Of a stretch of 64,000 nucleotides of DNA, positions 16,814 through 25,677 are shown one piece after another (the first letter of the stretch is position 1; each line of letters opens with the position of its first letter). The notes under the pieces are model-generated. The model did not search any database. It was not told the DNA's origin and saw only the letters and a list, made by a program, of their open reading frames with translations. This stretch comes from a virus. Where the stretch lies: positions 64,001 to 128,000 of the IMG/VR virus record IMGVR_UViG_3300022843_000001; one strand, written 5' to 3'. Made by a program: the position numbers and the translations under genes.

Positions 16814-18064
16814 TTATCTTGTGGGAGAATCCCATCCTTTGAGTATTTCGTCGCTAAAATTTGCGTAGGAGAAACTTAACTGATCGACCAACTTAAAAGC
16901 ATTACCTTTTGCGTGATCAATCGCTACAAAACCTTCATGACCAGTAACTTCAAATCCATTCTTCGTTCTTAGGAACGTGGACATATTGTCAATCTTATTC
17001 AACTTTCCAACTATGATCAATTTTACATCACCTAATAGATTTTGCAATTCAAAAAGATCGATAAGTTGTTTTTTGTTACTATCAGAGAAAAACTTCATAA
17101 AGTCGTCACGGGCAATGATCTTTCGTTCTTTACCTGCATCCGATTTTAATTTATCTATCTCTTTCTGATATTTATTATTTATATATGCAATTAGACCAGT
17201 AACATGCTTTTTAGGGTCGGAAGACATTGTTCCGCCGCGGATAAAACTGTTTGCATATGTCTCAATGGTCTGTGCAAGATTAGGGGTAGTTTCTATTTGT
17301 TTTAAAGTTTTGGATGATACTTTCTGAAACAACTTGCCGGCCTGACTCAACTTCTTGTCAATCGAATTAGTTTCTTTCTTGGTTAACGATACACTGCCAC
17401 TCAGATTCTTAACGTTAGCATCATCGAACCAAACGTTTTTCGTTTGAGTGAATTGTTTTGCATCAAGTTTAAAGGATGCATTAAGGTCAGCAAATGTACT
17501 ACCTTTGTATTCCGTATGAAGCACGATGCCCATCTTGGACCCTTGAATTTTCTTTGCAAGTTTAGAATCTGTTGGTACTGCATATAAAATTGTGTTTGGG
17601 TGAAATGTCAGATAATTCTCGCCATCTATCTTTTGTGTTTTCAAGTCGCTAGCGCTATACATCATATCGCCCTGAAAGATTCCTTTTGGATTTAACTTTG
17701 GAAGTTCTTTGAGCGCAATTTTCATTTTTACATTTAAGTCAGCACTTGATATGTCGGCATCAATGTCAGCGTCAGTCATATAAAACTTAGGAGTTTTTGC
17801 AAATATACCTTTCTTTGCCACGAAGAATTTTCCAGCATCAGGTTCGCCGCTTGGTACTTGACCAAAGAATATGGCAGGGGCGCCGTCCCATTTCATCGTC
17901 ACATCTATTTTAGATGTAGATGTTCCAGCCAAGGTGTTTCTTAAATCTCGCAGAGATTCTATTGCTTGTCTTGTACCTTTAACACCTTTATACAGAACTA
18001 GATTCTGTATGTGCTGCATGTGAGCATTAACTTCTTCGGTTACATAAGATTTGAAGGATATCAT
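16814..18064 (-). CDS. ATP-dependent ligase-like (covalent nucleotidyltransferase fold) protein
   Basis: MKWDGAP (KxDG), FQGDMM, HEGFV, FKLVD; N-terminus MISFKSYVTEE. Confidence 0.6.
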   Translation of the reverse strand: MISFKSYVTEEVNAHMQHIQNLVLYKGVKGTRQAIESLRDLRNTLAGTSTSKIDVTMKWDGAPAIFFGQVPSGEPDAGKFFVAKKGIFAKTPKFYMTDADIDADISSADLNVKMKIALKELPKLNPKGIFQGDMMYSASDLKTQKIDGENYLTFHPNTILYAVPTDSKLAKKIQGSKMGIVLHTEYKGSTFADLNASFKLDAKQFTQTKNVWFDDANVKNLSGSVSLTKKETNSIDKKLSQAGKLFQKVSSKTLKQIETTPNLAQTIETYANSFIRGGTMSSDPKKHVTGLIAYINNKYQKEIDKLKSDAGKERKIIARDDFMKFFSDSNKKQLIDLFELQNLLGDVKLIIVGKLNKIDNMSTFLRTKNGFEVTGHEGFVAIDHAKGNAFKLVDQLSFSYANFSDEILKGWDSPTR

Positions 18065-19341
18065 GAGGCCTTCACATAAGCAGCAGACATTTCGGATTCA
18101 GAGGCAGCGTAACCAATCATAGCCGTTATAACTTTTGTTTTCATTGTTTTTGATAATTTATTAAATTGAAAAAGAAGTTGAGCTCCCATTATCTTGGACA
18201 TAAAAAATGTTGCGTCCTTTTCGTCTACCTTCTTTTTAAAGTCGGAATACTTGATAGAAGGTTCCCCCAATGTTGTGTAATAATCGTAAAACTTGCGAAG
18301 ATTATCTTCTGTTTTTATGCCCAAGGTTTTTTGTGGCATAAATAATGATCGGCCGATATTTTTCATCAAAACGGCAACAGGTCCGCCTGAAATCTTTCCT
18401 TGATTGGCAAACTTACCTTTTATCTCACCTTGCCATGTTGACCCAAATGTTCGGAATTGAATTTCACCACCGTCATATTGAATGTATACATCGTTAGATT
18501 GAAAAAATGATCTCTTTCCTGTCGTGAACTTGGTAAATTGGTATTCTTTTCGTTTCTCCGTAAAGTTCTTCTTTTCTAAAGAAACCTTACCTTGTGCCTG
18601 CTTCAAAGAAACACCAACAAGAATGCCTTCATTTCCTGCATTCAAAATTAAGTTGTTTAATTCTAATATACTTTGAGTACCTTCAATATCGAGCGCTTCT
18701 GCTTTACTTGTTGCCATCCAAATATCAGCAGGGGTCCATTTGTTTAAGTTAGTAAAGAGTTTTTCAATTTTGTTCAGCTTTTTGAATTGATTGTCTATTC
18801 GTGCAATAAAAGCAGAACCTCTATGAAATATATATTTCTTACCTTTATATAAACTTTCTTTGTGAAGTTTCTCCGCGGTAAGTATACATGAATCTCTCCA
18901 AACATCGTCAAGATTATCTACGATATTATTAATTGGCTCGTCAACGTTGACACTATTAGCTGCACCATGTAGGGATTCGGCACTATATTTGCCGCCTTTA
19001 TACCATCTGTCTGCTAAATACAGACATTGCGCGGATTCTGTTAATTTTGTAACAGCTGCACCTGCGCCACTACCACCGCCTGCTGTTTTTGCGACAATAG
19101 TTATCTTGTCGGATAGTTGAGTTTCGCCTACTGAAGATTTGTTCGATATGGGTTGAAAATTGCCGCCAAGTTGTGTTGCAATGTCTTTCAGTGCTTTAAC
19201 TCGTTCGGAGTTACTGTCTACCATTATTGCAATAATTCGGCCCTGTACTTTCTTAATTTTAGAATAACCTATATCGTTTAATAGTGTTATTACTGAGTCG
19301 GTTACAGCATACTCAATTAAGAAGCTTTTAAAACTTTGCAT
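18061..19341 (-). CDS. Putative PD-(D/E)XK restriction-endonuclease-like protein
   Basis: TESAQC, WTPADIW...GVSLKQ; N-terminus MQSFKSFLIE. Confidence 0.5.
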   Translation of the reverse strand: MQSFKSFLIEYAVTDSVITLLNDIGYSKIKKVQGRIIAIMVDSNSERVKALKDIATQLGGNFQPISNKSSVGETQLSDKITIVAKTAGGGSGAGAAVTKLTESAQCLYLADRWYKGGKYSAESLHGAANSVNVDEPINNIVDNLDDVWRDSCILTAEKLHKESLYKGKKYIFHRGSAFIARIDNQFKKLNKIEKLFTNLNKWTPADIWMATSKAEALDIEGTQSILELNNLILNAGNEGILVGVSLKQAQGKVSLEKKNFTEKRKEYQFTKFTTGKRSFFQSNDVYIQYDGGEIQFRTFGSTWQGEIKGKFANQGKISGGPVAVLMKNIGRSLFMPQKTLGIKTEDNLRKFYDYYTTLGEPSIKYSDFKKKVDEKDATFFMSKIMGAQLLFQFNKLSKTMKTKVITAMIGYAASESEMSAAYVKAS

Positions 19342-19366
19342 TATTCGACATTCCCATACAATATAG

Positions 19367-19879
19367 TTAGTTATTAATGTTATTTATAACATCTTTTACC
19401 TCGCGACCCGTAGAAACTATAAACTTATTATACAATATTTCTTCCCATTCGTCAGCTTCTATCTCCCAAGGAAAATTCCAAGGACAGTCGATATAGTCTT
19501 GATCGTCGTATACATTAACTTCTTTCCATATACGATAATGTTTATCATTATATCTTTCCTTCAACTCTCCAGAGGCCATTTGTTTAACATGGACCATTTC
19601 ATGAAAAAGAGTTAACATCATTGTCTTTTTATCTATATTAGTAACAAGAAGTTGAAATTCTCGAGGCCTGATATTAGAATCCATCCATTCAGCACTCCCA
19701 AAGTCACCATTTTTGAGCCGACCGATCTCTACATTTATAAAAAGACTACGGTATCTTGGCATCAATACGCGTTTGGCAAATGAGATACATTCCTGTATTA
19801 GCAATCTTTGTTCTTTGTTGCCGCCTTTCACATAAATATGTGTGTTATCTACTCTGGTTAATATATCGTTCTGACTCAT
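19367..19879 (-). CDS. HExxH zinc metallopeptidase-like (SprT-like) protein
   Basis: TLFHEMVHVKQ and PWEIEA. Confidence 0.75.
   Translation of the reverse strand: MSQNDILTRVDNTHIYVKGGNKEQRLLIQECISFAKRVLMPRYRSLFINVEIGRLKNGDFGSAEWMDSNIRPREFQLLVTNIDKKTMMLTLFHEMVHVKQMASGELKERYNDKHYRIWKEVNVYDDQDYIDCPWNFPWEIEADEWEEILYNKFIVSTGREVKDVINNINN
19381..19388 (-). promoter_or_regulatory. T4 late promoter heading the internal-protein cluster
   Basis: TATAAATA 40 bp upstream of the 19341 start. Confidence 0.75.
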
Positions 19880-20085
19880 AGATCTTTTTTAGAGTGCTTA
19901 ACAAGATCACCAGATTTCGATATTTTGAGATAACCTTCTGCTTCAAGATATTCCATTGTAGTTGAAATGATAGTATTAGTATGTTTTTCCTGCTGCTTAG
20001 CGCTAATGTTTGCGTTTTGCATCAAAAGTGAGAATGCCCAACATCCTAATAGTACTAATATTTCCCAAGATTCAAATGTATACAT
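19876..20085 (-). CDS. Small membrane-anchored hypothetical protein
   Basis: Hydrophobic N-terminus; overlaps both neighbours. Confidence 0.55.
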   Translation of the reverse strand: MYTFESWEILVLLGCWAFSLLMQNANISAKQQEKHTNTIISTTMEYLEAEGYLKISKSGDLVKHSKKDL

Positions 20086-20885
20086 TATACATCCATGTCA
20101 ATATATTTGCTCATTGGGAATAATCTGCTAATCGCAAGAGCAATAGCTTTAGCAAGTTCCATATGTTCTTTTTGAGTACCGTTGCTCATTCTCAATTCGC
20201 AATAATGAATCCAACTTCGTATAGTACCATTTACATATAAACGAGATTTAGTTAAACCTTCAGGCAAAACAACTCTTGCTTGTTCCTTTGCAATTCCATG
20301 TTCAATCGCCCATTCATAAACATTTTTAGTGTAAGTCATTAGTTCGGCCTGAGCTTTATACCAATATGCGGCAACTTCCATGGCGTCAGAGTCTTCAGGA
20401 TCAAGATTTACAGAGTTCTGCCTATTTTTATTGTCTTGAAAACGACACTCTCGCGGTTCTACAAACATACCTTCCATGTCAGTAGGATCGGCATATCGTT
20501 GACTAAATTCCTGAAAGGAGAATGATCGGTGGCGCAGCAGTTGTCGAGCAATGTCTCTCGTTGTATCGACCTCAATTGTTGCAGACACCATCTCGAAAGG
20601 CGAGAAGTGTTTATGCTTTATAAGATAACGAAGCAATTTATCATTAGTTTCTACGTTCATTTGTCCAGCAGGGTTTGATACCCGGGCACAATAAGCAATC
20701 AATTCTTCAAGGCCTGTTCTTACTTCTTCATCACCGTGGAAGTTAACTTGAGGGGTTACACCTAGGTTTGATACCCGGGCACAATAAGCAATCAATTCTT
20801 CAAGGCCTGTTCTTACTTCTTCATCACCGTGGAAGTTAACTTGAGTGGTTACACCTACTAATCTTGCGTTCATATTTTTCACCAT
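20085..20885 (-). CDS. thyX: Flavin-dependent thymidylate synthase with an internal 31-aa duplication
   Basis: AYCARVS, HFSPFEM, RHRSFSFQEFSQRY, QARVVLP. Confidence 0.93.
   Translation of the reverse strand: MVKNMNARLVGVTTQVNFHGDEEVRTGLEELIAYCARVSNLGVTPQVNFHGDEEVRTGLEELIAYCARVSNPAGQMNVETNDKLLRYLIKHKHFSPFEMVSATIEVDTTRDIARQLLRHRSFSFQEFSQRYADPTDMEGMFVEPRECRFQDNKNRQNSVNLDPEDSDAMEVAAYWYKAQAELMTYTKNVYEWAIEHGIAKEQARVVLPEGLTKSRLYVNGTIRSWIHYCELRMSNGTQKEHMELAKAIALAISRLFPMSKYIDMDV
20672..20857. repeat. 93-bp tandem duplication within thyX
   Basis: 20672-20764 vs 20765-20857, one mismatch (20753 G / 20846 T). Confidence 0.95.
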
Positions 20886-21112
20886 TTTAAAGAGTTAATG
20901 AGATCGTGAGTTAATGCACGAGCTGTTTGAAAACCTACTTTTCCAAAGAGCAGCCGATCTTTGTGTGTAGAATTATTGAATCCAAATTCCATAATTGATA
21001 TAAAAATCTCTCCAATACAAAGCAAAATTGCTAGGACTAATACTACGGGAACTAACACAATCATTATCAAGACTCGAATCAACCATTTTACAGTTCTAAT
21101 TATTTGTTTCAT
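20879..21112 (-). CDS. Small membrane protein
   Basis: Long hydrophobic segment. Confidence 0.5.
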   Translation of the reverse strand: MKQIIRTVKWLIRVLIMIVLVPVVLVLAILLCIGEIFISIMEFGFNNSTHKDRLLFGKVGFQTARALTHDLINSLKW

Positions 21113-21197
21113 TATTTAATCTTTCCTTATTTTCTTCGTTTAGTAAATCTTGACCATTCTTCGTTAATCCAACAAAGGTCTTGATTCATAATATATT

Positions 21198-22586
21198 CTA
21201 CATCTTAAAGTTTGTAAATTCAGGTTTGTCTCTATTACCAAAACTATTTATGGGTGCGTCAGTTGTCCCTGGACTAGTTTCTATCAGACTTTGAGCACCT
21301 TCTTCAACATCATACAACTTCATTTTAGGTCTGTCAACACCTATAACAAATCGTTTATAAGTACTCAAATCTGCATAACGATTCTTAAGTTGTTTAACCA
21401 TAATCTGATTAAGTTTTTCTAGTTCGTCATTAGTTATTAGTGCGAACATAAAATCAGCCGTGGCGGGTAAACCCCATGATTCACTTGTGTTTGTAAGATC
21501 AACATCTGAATTGTTAGCGCCATCACGATTTGACTGTGTTGCCGTAACGACAGGTAGATTATTTTCCACCGCAAGTCCTCGCAATTCTTCAGCAATAGAT
21601 TTTACCAAGGTATAGCTATTAATACTTCCGCCAATTCCTTTCATTCTTGAGGATGAACATATGTTTAGATAATCAATAAAGATAATCGTCGGCACGAAGT
21701 TCTTCTTCAACTTAAGTTCATCCAACAATGCTCGGAAATGGCCGGCGTGTGCTGCCCCTGTTGGATATTCCTTGATGATTAACTTACCATTAGTTTTTGC
21801 CTGTATTTTGTCAACCTTCGACATATACATATCTGAACTTAGATTAGTAATTTGATCTAGTGGCACATTAAAAAGATTTGCGTCTATACGCTCCGCAATT
21901 CTTTCTTCTGCCATTTCCATAGTAATATATAGTACATTTTTCTGTTGAGCAAGAGATGCCGCGGCCATGTGACACATAAACAAACTCTTACCAACACCTG
22001 TGCTTGCAAGTATTACATTCAGAGTTTTGTTTGGAAGACCTCCTTTAGTAATTCTGTTGAAGTAATCTAGATCAAAAGGAGTTCGAACCTCTTTTTGGTG
22101 ATAAAAATCATAGCGATCTGAAGCATTTTCGAAATAGTCATGACCTACACTGGCATCAAATGTAACCGCAAGTGCTCGTTGTAACAAGTCAGGTAATGAG
22201 TTTTTGCTAAGATTGTCATGAGTGCCATCAATGATAGTAATTGATTCCATGATTGCAAGATAAATAGCTCGATCTTGGCACCACTTTTCTGTATTTTCAT
22301 ATAACCACTCAGGGTTAACATCTTCAACCTTGTCCAACTCATTCAACACAATAAGTGCATCTGAATATTGGTGTTCAGTTATATCACTATTCTGTAATTC
22401 AATAGATATCGCTTCAATATTTGGCAGATTATTATATTTACTAACAAAGGAAACTATTGTTTCGAACACCGACCGATGGATTCCTTCAAAGTAATCTTTT
22501 TTAAGAAAAGGTATTACTTTTCGAGTAAACGAGTCATTTGCTAATAGATTTCGCAAAATAGTAGTTTGTATAGACGCTGTACCCAT
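21198..22586 (-). CDS. gp41: Replicative DNA helicase
   Basis: ASTGVGKS, YITMEMAEERIAERIDAN, IDYLNI, ATQSNR, QLKNRY. Confidence 0.96.
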   Translation of the reverse strand: MGTASIQTTILRNLLANDSFTRKVIPFLKKDYFEGIHRSVFETIVSFVSKYNNLPNIEAISIELQNSDITEHQYSDALIVLNELDKVEDVNPEWLYENTEKWCQDRAIYLAIMESITIIDGTHDNLSKNSLPDLLQRALAVTFDASVGHDYFENASDRYDFYHQKEVRTPFDLDYFNRITKGGLPNKTLNVILASTGVGKSLFMCHMAAASLAQQKNVLYITMEMAEERIAERIDANLFNVPLDQITNLSSDMYMSKVDKIQAKTNGKLIIKEYPTGAAHAGHFRALLDELKLKKNFVPTIIFIDYLNICSSSRMKGIGGSINSYTLVKSIAEELRGLAVENNLPVVTATQSNRDGANNSDVDLTNTSESWGLPATADFMFALITNDELEKLNQIMVKQLKNRYADLSTYKRFVIGVDRPKMKLYDVEEGAQSLIETSPGTTDAPINSFGNRDKPEFTNFKM

Positions 22587-22969
22587 TATTCAGAAGGCTC
22601 GTCTTTGGTTTTCTCGGCTGGCATTTCACCTATCTTTGCTTCTAATGAATCTGTTATAACATGAGTCAACAAATCGCCGATGTAATTCTGAAAATAAGAA
22701 TCATGTTCTAATGAGGGGTCACCTTCGATCAACTTCCAGTCAAAAGAAACTTTAAGTCCCTCAACATCATTCGAATCTTCTTCATGAACCTGAACTTGGC
22801 CAAACTGAAATTTTGTATCTGTCCACTGGCCGGTAGTCAAATGAATTGTATAATGGTCGTCTTCAGGTCTTTCGACAAATTTGAAATCGTCGTTTGATAT
22901 AATATGAGGCATATAGTTTCCATAATTAAGTTTATAATACATTGTATCATAAAAGGGGTTGTTTGTCAA
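22586..22969 (-). CDS. Hypothetical protein in the gp40 position (between uvsX and 41)
   Basis: Synteny only. The true start is likely downstream (MPHII), since the ORF start overlaps a promoter. Confidence 0.55.
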   Translation of the reverse strand: MTNNPFYDTMYYKLNYGNYMPHIISNDDFKFVERPEDDHYTIHLTTGQWTDTKFQFGQVQVHEEDSNDVEGLKVSFDWKLIEGDPSLEHDSYFQNYIGDLLTHVITDSLEAKIGEMPAEKTKDEPSE

Positions 22970-22973
22970 CCCC
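22941..22973 (-). promoter_or_regulatory. uvsX terminator overlapping a sigma70 promoter
   Basis: GGGGTTG/CAACCCC stem plus UUUU; TTGACA (22964-22969)-17-TACAAT. Confidence 0.75.
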
Positions 22974-22980
22974 CATCAGA

Positions 22981-24030
22981 TTATTCTTCCATTTCAGCAA
23001 TGAACTCGTCGGACCACACCGCAGCTGCGCCGATGGTATATTGTCCTTCCACAAATTTCTGAAACTTCACGTCTTCGAGAATAGGGTTCCAGAATTCAGA
23101 ATTCATGATTTCTTTCAGACGTTTGTTGCCACCAATTTCACCTGTCTCCTGATTTACAGGAGCATACCAACCATTCTTAGGTTTGACAACATGACCAGAT
23201 TCCATAGCGACTTCAAGTAAACCACTGTACTTTTCGATGCCACCTTCCCAAGAGACACTAACAGGTATTTTAGACTTCTCTTTAACGAATCGAGATTTTT
23301 CCACATTAATCACAAAATCATAACCAGTAACTTCTGTTCCAGTTTTTGTTTGACGACGGCCGATAATCCAAATGGTGTTCGCACTATAATAGATACCCGT
23401 ACCACCAGATACAATCGCTCTACTAAACATTTCCATAGATTGGTAGGTATGATTAATCGCTAGCATAGGAATGGCTTTCATAGCAAGATAAGGTGTACAC
23501 ATTCGAAATAAACCTTTTAATGCTTTTGCTCGAGTCATATCAGCAACCGACTTTTCGTTAATCGCATCATCCACTTCTTTCTTGCTAGCAAGGTTGCCGA
23601 TAGAGTCAATTACTATAATAACTTTATCCTGTACTTCGATTTCTTCGAGTTGACTAACGATATCAAACTTTAGTTCTTCTACGTTGGTGATCGGTGTATG
23701 TAATACCCTACTAGTATCAATTCCGAAAGTTTCAAAATATGCCTGAGGCGAGCCAAATTCACTATCATAAAATAGTATAACTGCATCGGCATGCTTTTTT
23801 AAATACGCGGCCGCCATTAGCAATGCGAAAGATGTTTTGAAGTGCTTCGAAGGTCCGGCCAACACCGTAAGTCCAGCGGTAAGACCGCCTTCTAATTTTC
23901 CTGATAATGCCACATTGATCATCGGCACATCAGTCTTTATTGTCTCGATGTTGCTAAACAACTTTGACTCAGAAAGAACCGCGGCCTGTTTCACCTTGGA
24001 GTTCTTCTTTAATTTATCCATCACGCTCAT
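22981..24030 (-). CDS. uvsX: RecA-like recombinase
   Basis: AGPSKHFKTSF, YDSEFG, IDSIGNLASKKE, SGGTGIYYSA. Confidence 0.96.
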   Translation of the reverse strand: MSVMDKLKKNSKVKQAAVLSESKLFSNIETIKTDVPMINVALSGKLEGGLTAGLTVLAGPSKHFKTSFALLMAAAYLKKHADAVILFYDSEFGSPQAYFETFGIDTSRVLHTPITNVEELKFDIVSQLEEIEVQDKVIIVIDSIGNLASKKEVDDAINEKSVADMTRAKALKGLFRMCTPYLAMKAIPMLAINHTYQSMEMFSRAIVSGGTGIYYSANTIWIIGRRQTKTGTEVTGYDFVINVEKSRFVKEKSKIPVSVSWEGGIEKYSGLLEVAMESGHVVKPKNGWYAPVNQETGEIGGNKRLKEIMNSEFWNPILEDVKFQKFVEGQYTIGAAAVWSDEFIAEMEE

Positions 24031-24063
24031 ATATTTTTACCTGTAAATTGTTTGTTAAATGAT

Positions 24064-24092
24064 ATTATAACACAAACTGACAGGGTTGTCAA
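24064..24092 (-). promoter_or_regulatory. Sigma70-type promoter for uvsX
   Basis: TTGACA-17-TATAAT. Confidence 0.85.
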
Positions 24093-24096
24093 CCTA

Positions 24097-25572
24097 TTAA
24101 TATCCATTAATTTCTTTATAAAGCGCAAAAGACATACTACCCATAGCGATGTTGTGTTTAGCCGAGATCATTACAAGATTCGAAAATTCTGTCTTTCCAC
24201 CCCTAGAGTGAGCAACAAGGTGACCGCCGTGAGCATCTTCCATTTTTAATGGTTTTCCATCTACTGCACATTTATAACCTTGTTCCGCCAGTTTGGATTC
24301 TCGCATTGTCTTCGAAAAGAATCGTCTTGTGTCTTTGATTGTAATCAATTGGGTAAAATCAAGATATTGTGTAAACCAACCCAAACATGTTTTCATTCTT
24401 TCGGCATCATCATATTCACCCAATGTATCTTTGAACTGAAGACCTATTGTCTTGTTTTGATTGTAAGGAGATACCTGATTCTCAGGCTCTTCCATATCAG
24501 CAACAGGTTTGAAGAATTTTTCATCCATTACTTTTTTCAATGCATCAAAATACGCCGCATCATCGATTATTTTGAATGAGCCGAACTCCTTTTCCATGTA
24601 CATCCAAACCCTCTTAAACAACTCAAATTCTCTTTTACCAAGACCGCTATTCAATTTCATCTTTTTGACTTCAGCCATTCTTTTGACATGATCCAAGGTC
24701 TTATGTACCTTTTTCTTTAAATTATCAACCTTTTTAAAGTCCAAATCTTCATCAGAATACATCTCTAAAAGTTGTTTCTCAGCGGCTAAACCAATACCTC
24801 CTTTATCATCACTGTGATATCTATAGTATATTCTAGCAACAATTTCATCTATTTTGAGTCGGCTTGGGTCGAATGTCAACCAAGCCAGATTCTTAACACT
24901 ATAATCGAAAAGTGGGTGACACGTTGAGTTAATGCCCGCAACCAATCGCGCAGTTTCTCTAACCGCGTTGGCGATTGCAATGTCTCCATAAGAGTTAAGA
25001 GTTTCTTGTCTGTTAACTGGAGTCGTCTTATTCAATGTTCTGAATATATCACCAATTTCACTTGGGGTTAAGTTAACATATACGGCAAAAAGCAAAGGAT
25101 ACTTCAAGAAATCATCTCTTTCTTCGTCTGAATAATCCACCCAAAGTTTTCCATCAACATGAAACTGGTTATTCACAAAAGCATAAATATATCTTTTTCT
25201 GTTGCCGCCATCAATACTTGCGAATGTGTAAGAATCAGCCGGAACTAGACCAGTACCCTTCTGAGAGATTCTCTTTCCATCGAACTGATAAGGTTTAAGC
25301 GCGGATTTTTTTGGAATTTTGTGAATAGTGATCTGACCGATATCATAACCTTTCATCATCGTAGAGATAATACCTTGCGCCTTCGAAGGTGTTTTTTCGG
25401 TACCTTCCAATTTCGGAGCAACGTCTAAACGCTGACCAACAGGTTGAGTATCGATAATGTTATACAGTAATAAGTATTCTTTAACCGTGATGGTTTCACG
25501 AAAGAACTTAAGTCCTCTTTTTACATAAGGTTTGTTTTTACCCATTCCTAATAATTTATTCACATCAGACAT
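24097..25572 (-). CDS. DUF262 (ParB/GmrS-like) plus C-terminal HNH nuclease, GmrSD-like
   Basis: IISTMMKGYDIG, SIDGGNRKR, IFRTLN; C-terminal GHLVAHSRGGKTEFSNLVMISAKHN. Confidence 0.75.
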   Translation of the reverse strand: MSDVNKLLGMGKNKPYVKRGLKFFRETITVKEYLLLYNIIDTQPVGQRLDVAPKLEGTEKTPSKAQGIISTMMKGYDIGQITIHKIPKKSALKPYQFDGKRISQKGTGLVPADSYTFASIDGGNRKRYIYAFVNNQFHVDGKLWVDYSDEERDDFLKYPLLFAVYVNLTPSEIGDIFRTLNKTTPVNRQETLNSYGDIAIANAVRETARLVAGINSTCHPLFDYSVKNLAWLTFDPSRLKIDEIVARIYYRYHSDDKGGIGLAAEKQLLEMYSDEDLDFKKVDNLKKKVHKTLDHVKRMAEVKKMKLNSGLGKREFELFKRVWMYMEKEFGSFKIIDDAAYFDALKKVMDEKFFKPVADMEEPENQVSPYNQNKTIGLQFKDTLGEYDDAERMKTCLGWFTQYLDFTQLITIKDTRRFFSKTMRESKLAEQGYKCAVDGKPLKMEDAHGGHLVAHSRGGKTEFSNLVMISAKHNIAMGSMSFALYKEINGY

Positions 25573-25603
25573 AATATAGACTCTTCAATTAATTTATACA
25601 TGT

Positions 25604-25632
25604 ATTATACCATAGGTGTGGTATAATGTCAA
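25604..25632 (-). promoter_or_regulatory. Sigma70-type early promoter, palindrome at 25663-25678
   Basis: TTGACA-17-TATAAT; ATTATACCA/TGGTATAAT inverted repeat across the -10 box and spacer. Confidence 0.88.
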
Positions 25633-25677
25633 CAACTGATTTCAGTTTTCTTATAACTTGTGGTTGTATCGATATAA

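Noticed and set aside
21128-21190. 20-aa ORF after gp41 (MNQDLCWINEEWSRFTKRRK)
   Set aside because: No clear RBS or motif; compatible with chance.
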